A stretch of 64,000 bases of DNA from positions 64,001 through 128,000 of the forward strand of contig CAVUKA010000003.1 in assembly GCA_963741945.1 (NCBI GenBank). Reading direction: 5' to 3'. This document shows positions 57,221-64,000 of this stretch, one piece after another. The number at the start of each line of letters is the position of its first letter. The first letter of the stretch is position 1. The translations under genes were made by a program, and so were the position numbers. The stretch is from an uncultured Gemmatimonadales bacterium (GTDB taxonomy: Bacteria; Gemmatimonadota; Gemmatimonadetes; Longimicrobiales; RSA9). The notes beneath the pieces were generated by a model. That model did no database searches. It saw only the letters and a program-made list of their open reading frames with translations, and was not told the DNA's origin.

Positions 57221-58422
57221 GCACCGTCGGCCCGCCACGGAGGGTCGAAGCGCACGTCATCCGCCACGCGCGCCGGGTCATCACACCCGCGCTCATTGCC
57301 GCGGGAGTCGGCCTCCTGGGCTTCGTGGGCGGGCTGATCCTGGATCCGCAGCGCGCGCTATACAGCTACCTGGCGGCCTTCGCGTTCGGCATTTCCGTGG
57401 CCCTCGGCGCGCTCTTCATGGTGATGATCTCCCACGTCACGAACGCCAAATGGTTCGTGGTGGTGCGGCGCATCGCGGAATCCATTGCGGGCACGCTCCC
57501 GCTCTTCGCCATCCTCGTGATCCCCGTGCTGGCGGGCGCGGGCGCCATCTATCCCTGGGTGACGCCCGTCCACCTGCCGCCCGAGGAAGCGGCCAACGTT
57601 GCGACGAAGGCTGCCTACCTGAACGTCCCGTTCTTCATCGGCCGGACGATCATCTACTTCCTCGTCTGGATCGGGCTGGACACGTCGCTGCGCCGCTGGT
57701 CGCTCCGCCAGGACCGCGACCCGGACGACGCGCCGCCGCGACGCGCCGTCAACCTCAGCGGACCGGGCCTCGCCGCCACCGGACTCACGGTCTCCTTCGC
57801 GGCCATGGACTGGCTCATGTCGCTCTCGCCCACCTGGGTCTCGTCCGTGTTCGGCGCCTACTGGTTCGCCGGGACCATGTACGCGGGCATTGCCGCAATC
57901 ACGGTGGCCGCGGCCGCGTTCCAGCGTTCCGGACTCGTCGATGACGAGGTGGCGAGCGGACAGTTCTACGCCCTCGGTCGGCTGATGCTCGTGTTCACCA
58001 TCCTCTGGGCCTATCTCGGCTTCTCCCAGGGGTTCCTCATGTACATCGCCGATCTCCCGCACGAGATCACCTGGTACCTCGATCGCACGCTCGGCGGATG
58101 GGGCGTCGTGTTCGGCATCGTCGTCATCGGGCATTTCTTCGTCCCGTTCTTCGCTCTCCTCTCCTACAGGATCAAGCAGGACGGCCGCAGGCTGGCGCTG
58201 GTGGCCGGCTGGATGCTCCTGATGAGCTACGTCGAGATGTTCTGGTTCGTCATTCCCGCGCTCCACGGCCGCGATTTCAGCGCCCGCTGGTTCGACCCGT
58301 TCACGCTCCTGCTCGTCCTCGGCGCAGCCATCGCCTTCGGTGCCTGGCGCCTGACCGGTGAGGCCACCGTGCCGTGGCGCGATCCGCGCATCCTCGCCTC
58401 CATCGGGTATCGCCGTGAGTGA
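57217..58422 (+). CDS. actF: Alternative complex III membrane subunit ActF
   Basis: KAAYLNVPFF, AAMDWLMSLSPTWVSSVFG, LWAYLGFSQ, ADLPHE; about 10 TM helices. Confidence 0.92.
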   Translation: MSTVGPPRRVEAHVIRHARRVITPALIAAGVGLLGFVGGLILDPQRALYSYLAAFAFGISVALGALFMVMISHVTNAKWFVVVRRIAESIAGTLPLFAILVIPVLAGAGAIYPWVTPVHLPPEEAANVATKAAYLNVPFFIGRTIIYFLVWIGLDTSLRRWSLRQDRDPDDAPPRRAVNLSGPGLAATGLTVSFAAMDWLMSLSPTWVSSVFGAYWFAGTMYAGIAAITVAAAAFQRSGLVDDEVASGQFYALGRLMLVFTILWAYLGFSQGFLMYIADLPHEITWYLDRTLGGWGVVFGIVVIGHFFVPFFALLSYRIKQDGRRLALVAGWMLLMSYVEMFWFVIPALHGRDFSARWFDPFTLLLVLGAAIAFGAWRLTGEATVPWRDPRILASIGYRRE

Positions 58423-58879
58423 GTCGCCCCGCCGTCCCGGCCTGGACCAGGAGGAGGACCGCATCAACGCCACTGGCGCGGCCATCCTGACCACGTTCGG
58501 CGTGTTCATGGTGGCCATCGCCATGTGGGCGGGCGTCCAGAAGGTGGAGAGCATAGGCGGACGGGAGGTCACGCCATCCACCGCCCAGGAGACCCCGCCG
58601 CGAACCGAGGAGGTGCGCCCCGTCCGTGCCATCGGCGCCATCAACGTCACGGACATCCTGGCGGACTCCAGCACGCGCGCGGACCGGGACCTGAGGAAGA
58701 AGCGGCTCGACGCCTACGGCTGGGCCGACCGGGACCGGGGCGTGGTCACCATCCCCATCGAGCGCGCCATGCAGCTCGTGGCCGAACGTGCCCGGGGCGC
58801 GACAGGCGGGAGCGGCAGCCCCGACGACTCGGCTCACCAGGCACCCGGAGCCCCCGGGCCAGCGCAGGAGGCGCCATGA
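58415..58879 (+). CDS. actG: Alternative complex III ActG-like single-TM subunit
   Basis: One TM helix; LDAYGWADRDRGVVTIPIERAM; position after actF. Confidence 0.78.
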   Translation: MSESPRRPGLDQEEDRINATGAAILTTFGVFMVAIAMWAGVQKVESIGGREVTPSTAQETPPRTEEVRPVRAIGAINVTDILADSSTRADRDLRKKRLDAYGWADRDRGVVTIPIERAMQLVAERARGATGGSGSPDDSAHQAPGAPGPAQEAP

Positions 58880-59970
58880 CGTTCTTCCCCCTCGCTGCCG
58901 CCGTGCTGGCCGACCCGAGCTCGCCGCTTTCCGACTTCCTGGGCGCCGTCGGGAACACGCTGCACTGGCTCCTCGCGCTCCCCGTGCAGGCATCGCAGTT
59001 CGCCACCCAGGTGGACGCGCTCCAGTACATCGAGTTCGTGATCTGGTTCATCCTCGGCGTCTTCACCCTGGGCATCACAGCGCTCTTCGTGGTGCTCTTT
59101 CGCCGGCGCAGCACGGACCCGGTTGCACCGCGGACGAAGAAGGTGGTGGCGCCCACGTGGATGGAGGGCGGCGTCGCCTTCGCGCTGCTCGCCCTCTTCA
59201 TGGTCTGGTGGATGTTCGGATTCCGGCAGTATGCGAGCCGCCAGTTTCCGCCCGATGACGCGCTCACGGTGTACGCCGTCGGCAAGCAGTGGGTGTGGAA
59301 GTTCAGTTACGCGGACGGGCCCCAGTCGGTGAACATTCTCTACCTGCCGAAGGACCGCCCCATCCGCATCCTCACCACGTCCCGCGACGTCATCCATTCC
59401 TTTTTCGTGCCGGCGTTCCGCATCAAGATGGACGCGGTCCCCGGCCGCTACAACACCACCTGGTTCAAGCCCACGCGCGTGGGGCGGTACCGGCTCATGT
59501 GCGCGGAGTACTGCGGCGCCGGCCATGGCCGCATGCGCACGGACGCCATCGTGCTCCCGCCCGAAGACTTCGACCGCTGGCTCGAGGGCTACTCCCTCGA
59601 AGGGGACCACGCCACCCCCGTCCCGCCGGGCGTCCTTTCCCACGCCGGCGAGCCGCCCCGGGAGAGCATGACCATGGCGGAGCGCGGACAGCGCGTGGCG
59701 GCCGAGAAGGGCTGCTTCCAGTGCCACTCCACCGACGGCACGCGCGGCATGGGCCCGACCTGGCTCGGGCTCTACGGCTCCCGCGTGCCGCTCCAGAGCG
59801 GGGACACGGTGGTCGCCGCGCCAGGCTATCTGACCCGGTCCATGATGAAGCCCGGCGCCGACATCGTGTCGGGGTTCGCTGACATCATGCCCAGCTTCCA
59901 CGGCCGGCTCACTCAGGCCGAGGCCGCCGCGCTGGTGGAGTACATCAAGTCGATCCGGAGGTCGCCGTGA
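58876..59970 (+). CDS. coxB: Cytochrome c oxidase subunit II with fused cytochrome c (caa3 type)
   Basis: KQWVWKF, DVIHSFFVP, CuA CAEYCGAGHGRM, C-terminal CFQCH...MPSF. Confidence 0.96.
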   Translation: MTFFPLAAAVLADPSSPLSDFLGAVGNTLHWLLALPVQASQFATQVDALQYIEFVIWFILGVFTLGITALFVVLFRRRSTDPVAPRTKKVVAPTWMEGGVAFALLALFMVWWMFGFRQYASRQFPPDDALTVYAVGKQWVWKFSYADGPQSVNILYLPKDRPIRILTTSRDVIHSFFVPAFRIKMDAVPGRYNTTWFKPTRVGRYRLMCAEYCGAGHGRMRTDAIVLPPEDFDRWLEGYSLEGDHATPVPPGVLSHAGEPPRESMTMAERGQRVAAEKGCFQCHSTDGTRGMGPTWLGLYGSRVPLQSGDTVVAAPGYLTRSMMKPGADIVSGFADIMPSFHGRLTQAEAAALVEYIKSIRRSP

Positions 59971-61601
59971 GCACCACCATGGACCCGCAGGGGACGCTCC
60001 TGTACGAGGAGGAGCCCGAATCCTACCTGACGGCCGAACGGGGGCTCTGGTCGTGGCTCACCACCACGGACCACAAGCGCATCGGCCTGATGTATCTCGT
60101 CGCCACCTCGACCATGCTGGCCCTGGGCGGCACCTTCGCCATGCTCCTCCGCCTCGAGCTCCTCACCCCCGACTATACGATCGTCGGGGCCGACACCTAC
60201 AACCGCTTCTTCACCGCCCATGGCGTGATCATGGTCTGGCTCTTCATGATCCCCGCCATCCCGGCCGGCTTCGGGAACTTCCTCGTCCCGCTCATGATCG
60301 GCGCCAGGGACGTGGCCTTCCCCCGCCTCAACCTGGCCAGCTTCTACATCTACCTGGTCGGCGCGGCCATCCTCCTCTACGGCCTCGCCGCTGGCGGCGT
60401 GGACACCGGCTGGACGTTCTACACGCCCTACTCCACCCTCAGCTTCTCCCGCGTGGCCGTGGTGGCAATGGGCGTCTTCGTGCTCGGCGTCGCCACCATC
60501 ATCACCGGCGTCAACCTCATCGCCACCATCCACACGCTGCGCGCGCGGGGCATGGGGTGGGGACGCATGCCCGTCTTCGTCTGGACCATCTACGCCACGG
60601 CCATCATGCAGACGCTGGCGACGCCGGTCCTCGGCATCACGCTCGTCCTCGTCGCCATCGACCACGCCTTCCACTTCGGCATCTTCGACCCGACGCTCGG
60701 CGGCGATCCGATCCTCTACCAGCACCTCTTCTGGTTCTACTCGCATCCCGCCGTCTACATCATGATCCTGCCGGCGTTCGGCGTGATCGCCGAGGTGGTC
60801 TCCGCCTTCAGTCGCAAGAACTATTTCACCTACCGCGGCCTGGTCATTGCCTCGCTCGGCATCGCGTTCGTCGGCTTCATGGCCTGGGGGCACCACATGT
60901 TCACGTCGGGGATGAGCACCACCGACGCGGCCGTCTTCGGCATCCTTTCCATGGCCGTCTCCGTCTTCAGCGCCATCAAGGTCTTCTCCTACGTGGGCAC
61001 GCTCTACGGCGGCTCCATCTCGCTGAAGACGCCCATGCTCTACTTCTTCGAGTTCCTCTTCCTGTTCGGCGTGGGCGGCACCACGGGCGTGGCGCTGGCT
61101 TCCACGTCCCTCGACATCCAGTGGCAGGACACCTACTTCGTGGTGGCCCACTTCCACTTCATCATGGTGGGCGCCACCATGACCGCGTTCCTCGCCGCGC
61201 TCCACTACTGGTGGCCCAAGCTCTTCGGCCGCCTCTACAACGAGAAGCTCGGCGCCCTCGGCGCCATGTTCATCTTCATGGGATTCCTCGGCACGTTCGT
61301 TCCCCAGTTCCTCCTGGGGAACCAGGGCATGCCGCGCCGCCTGTACGACTATCCGCCCGAGTTCCAGACCCTCAACGACATCTCCACAGTAGGGTCCTGG
61401 TCGCTCCTGGCCGGTCTCTCGCTCATCCTCTCCTACCTGATCTACTCCCTCGTCCGGGGGGAGAAGAGTGGGGCCAATCCCTGGCGCTCGCGCGGCTTCG
61501 AATGGCTCACGCCCTCGCCACCGCCGCCGCACAACTTCGAGGTGATCCCGGACTACCGTCATCGTGAGCCCCACGACTACTGGGCCGAGGAGGACGCTTG
61601 A
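59967..61601 (+). CDS. coxA: Cytochrome c oxidase subunit I, type A2
   Basis: DHKRIG, HGVIM, GWTFYTP, FWFYSHPAVY, WGHHMF, VAHFH, GMPRR. Confidence 0.97.
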   Translation: MSTTMDPQGTLLYEEEPESYLTAERGLWSWLTTTDHKRIGLMYLVATSTMLALGGTFAMLLRLELLTPDYTIVGADTYNRFFTAHGVIMVWLFMIPAIPAGFGNFLVPLMIGARDVAFPRLNLASFYIYLVGAAILLYGLAAGGVDTGWTFYTPYSTLSFSRVAVVAMGVFVLGVATIITGVNLIATIHTLRARGMGWGRMPVFVWTIYATAIMQTLATPVLGITLVLVAIDHAFHFGIFDPTLGGDPILYQHLFWFYSHPAVYIMILPAFGVIAEVVSAFSRKNYFTYRGLVIASLGIAFVGFMAWGHHMFTSGMSTTDAAVFGILSMAVSVFSAIKVFSYVGTLYGGSISLKTPMLYFFEFLFLFGVGGTTGVALASTSLDIQWQDTYFVVAHFHFIMVGATMTAFLAALHYWWPKLFGRLYNEKLGALGAMFIFMGFLGTFVPQFLLGNQGMPRRLYDYPPEFQTLNDISTVGSWSLLAGLSLILSYLIYSLVRGEKSGANPWRSRGFEWLTPSPPPPHNFEVIPDYRHREPHDYWAEEDA

Positions 61602-62313
61602 GTAATCCCCGCGGCGCCGTTCGGGGCGACACCCTGGGCAGCGCCACCACGCGCGTCCGACGCCAACCGGAGGAGGGGCGGAGCGCCGAAGCCCACCTCA
61701 AGGACCACTACGCACCATGTCCAGCCAGACCCACGGTGCCCAGTTCGGCATGTGGGTCTTCATCGCCAGCGAAACGGTGATGTTCAGCGCGCTCTTCGCC
61801 CTCTTCTCCGCCTACCGCACCTCCTTCCCCGACGCCTTCAAGGAGGGGGCGCGGGTTACGGTGCTCTGGATGGGGTCCGCGGGCACGGTCACGCTCCTCC
61901 TCGCAAGCTTCCTCGTGGCCGCCGCCCTCAGCTTCGTCCGCGCCGATCGCCTGCGCGCCGGCTCCGCTTCGCTCTTCGGCGCCGCCGGCCTCGGTGCGCT
62001 CTTCCTCGTCTTCAAGTTCTGGGAGTGGGGCATCCATTTCGGCGAGGGGATCTATCCGGGCACCTACTACCATTTCGACAAGCTGCCGCCGCCGGGCGGG
62101 TCGGCCTTCTTCACCCTCTATTACGTCATGACCGGGCTCCACGCGATCCACGTCATCGGCGGCATCATCCTTCTCTCCGTGCTCGCGTGGCGGACACGAA
62201 GGCGCGCCTACGGCCCGGAGTACGACACCCCCGTCGAGCTCGGCGGCATGTACTGGCACTTCGTCGACATCGTCTGGCTCTTTCTCTGGCCCTGCTTCTA
62301 TCTGATCCATTGA
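61598..62313 (+). CDS. coxC: Cytochrome c oxidase subunit III (apparent frameshift near 61714; core ORF 61717-62313 intact)
   Basis: GMWVFIASE, TGLHAIHV, MYWHFVDIVW; upstream TTG-start frame overlaps the coxA stop. Confidence 0.9.
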
Positions 62314-62317
62314 GCCC

Positions 62318-62716
62318 ATGAAGACCTACGCCCTCACGCTCGCCGCGCTCCTGGTCCTCACCGCACTCACGTTCGGGCTCTCCTTCATCAGCCTCGGCGT
62401 CTGGCAGGCACCCGCCGCCATCCTCATCGCCGCCGCCAAGGCGTTCCTCGTCGCCCTGTTCTTCATGCACCTCGCCCGGCAGAGCGCGCCCGCACGCATG
62501 GCCGCCCTCGTCGGGCTCCTCATGGGACTCCTGCTCATCGTCATATCCACCCTCGACGTCGCCACGCGCCCCGAGCACCGCCTGCCGGGCACCGACTTCC
62601 CCGTGCTCACACCCCTGATCGCCCCCGCCGACTCGCTGCAGGACAGCCGGACCTCGCTGCCTTTGCGCCTGCCGGACACCACCACCGCAGCTTCCACCCG
62701 GCCGCCATCCCGCTGA
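62318..62716 (+). CDS. coxD: Cytochrome c oxidase subunit IV
   Basis: Three TM helices; LLVLTALT, IAAAKAFLVALFFMHL. Confidence 0.9.
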   Translation: MKTYALTLAALLVLTALTFGLSFISLGVWQAPAAILIAAAKAFLVALFFMHLARQSAPARMAALVGLLMGLLLIVISTLDVATRPEHRLPGTDFPVLTPLIAPADSLQDSRTSLPLRLPDTTTAASTRPPSR

Positions 62717-63006
62717 GCTGCAGCGAAGATCATTGCAGCGCTTCGTCGCCCGTGTCCGCGCGGTCGCCTTAGCACGCGCGGAAACACCAGCGCGAGCAGC
62801 CAACGTCCGACAGGAGTCGCCATGCTTGCCGGCCACATGTGGCGACACGACATGGTCGCCTCCAGCACCAGCTGATCGCCACCGCCCGCCCGAAACCGGA
62901 CACCGGCAGCCCCGCCCCGCTCCTCTACCGCCGGCCGGCGCTGCCGCGTCGTTCAGACCCGCTCCAGTTGCACCGACGGCCTATCCTGCGTACGTTCGGC
63001 GTGTTT

Positions 63007-63022
63007 ATCATACTCGTATGAT
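63007..63022. promoter_or_regulatory. AT-rich palindromic operator candidate upstream of norC-like unit
   Basis: ATCATAC-tc-GTATGAT, flanked on both sides by TGTTTA. Confidence 0.5.
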
Positions 63023-63046
63023 GTTTACCCGAACGCGGGAGTGGCC

Positions 63047-63169
63047 ATGGCCGCGGCTCGTAGCTTGATTCCCAGGATCCTCTCCATTGTGGTGTTCGCC
63101 GCCATGGCCAGCGCGCTCGGCTATGCGGCGTGGATTGCGCTCCGCTACATCGGCCAGATCGGTGTGTGA
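63047..63169 (+). CDS. Small single-TM protein (40 aa), absent from ORF track
   Basis: GGGAG RBS; MAAARSLIPRILSIVVFAAMASALGYAAWIALRYIGQIGV. Confidence 0.6.
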   Translation: MAAARSLIPRILSIVVFAAMASALGYAAWIALRYIGQIGV

Positions 63170-63216
63170 GCCCACCGCTGGTTGACCGCCGCGTCCCCCC
63201 ACCTGCTGAACGGATC

Positions 63217-64000
63217 ATGACGAAACGCCATACGCGCCTGTTCTTTTTCGGCGGCACGCTCCTGTTCGCGCTGGTCTTCGGCGCGCTCACGTACAACAGC
63301 CATCAGCAGTTCCCGGAGCTGACGCACTCGAACCAGCTGACGCCGGCGGTCGCGGCGGGATTCGAGGTCTGGCATCGCTACGACTGTGTGAACTGCCACA
63401 CGTTGCTGGGGGAGGGCGCGTATTACGCGCCGGACCTGACCAACATCGCGTCGCAGCGGGGCGACGCGTACCTGACGGAGTTCCTGAAGGATCCCAGCCG
63501 GTTCTACTCGGAGGAGAAGGACCGGCGGCTGATGCCGACACTGGGGATGAGCGACCAGGAGATCGAGGAGGTCGTGGCCTTCCTGGGGTGGGTGGACAAG
63601 ATCGACACGAACGGCTGGCCGCCCCGTCCGTTGACGGTACGGGGCTCGGCAGTGCCCGGGAGTGATGTGGGGGGAGGGTCGCCGAGTGCGGCGTCGTCGG
63701 ACCCGGTGGCGCAGGGGGAGGCGCTGTTCGGCAGCTCGCCGCCGGGGTGCTTCACCTGCCATTCGACCACGAAGGGCGTGAACATCGTGGGCCCCTCGCT
63801 GGCGGGGATCGCGTCGAAGGCCGCCGAGGCCGTGCAGGAAGCCCGATTACACCGGTTCGGCGACGACGGCGGCGGGCTACATCCGGGAGTCGATCCTGCA
63901 CCCGAGCGCCTACCTCGTCCCGGGATCGAACTACTCGACCAACGGCATGTCGATGATGCCATCGAACTTCGGTGAACAGCTCGACTCGACGCAGGTGAAC
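63217..64000 (+). CDS. norC: NorC-like membrane cytochrome c with a second c-heme domain; frameshift at ~63838; runs off window
   Basis: FFFGGTLLF TM helix, WHRYDCVNCHTLLGEGAYYAPDLT, RRLMP; second CFTCH; shifted frame continues YIRESILHPSAYLVPG...MMP. Confidence 0.82.

Noticed and set aside
63065-63078. FNR/DNR box upstream of norC (and TTGAT at 50361)
   Set aside because: Only the TTGAT half-site is present; the ATCAA half is missing, and the 63065 site lies inside the micro-ORF.

Overview
High-GC (roughly 70% by eye) bacterial chromosomal segment. Gene content and intergenic repeat style suggest Gemmatimonadota/Longimicrobiales (inference, not tested). Left to right: (1) a curli-type amyloid secretion operon on the minus strand (csgA-csgE-csgF-csgG with a fused beta-barrel, a csgB-like gene and a lipoprotein running off the window edge), preceded by a candidate sigma54 promoter and next to an NtrC-family activator and a divergent PAS kinase; (2) osmotic/desiccation-type genes (kup, cls, treY/treZ) plus pepE and an SLC13 transporter, interspersed with a family of inverted and tandem intergenic repeats; (3) a complete Hyb-type [NiFe]-hydrogenase operon (hybOABCD-hypABFCDE) followed by a TlpA-DsbA fusion; (4) stress/housekeeping genes (csp, FKBP, aceK, Spy-like, SodC-like, trxC, ligD plus a stand-alone LigD polymerase); (5) a degenerate ctaA divergent from an alternative complex III operon (actABCDEFG) that continues into an A2-type caa3 oxidase operon, then a norC-like di-heme gene running off the right edge. 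Two apparent single-base frameshifts (coxC, norC) may be assembly errors. No rRNA, tRNA, CRISPR array or transposase was recognised. Most long ORFs in the supplied track are high-GC shadow frames. All calls come from motif recognition by eye; no database searches were run.
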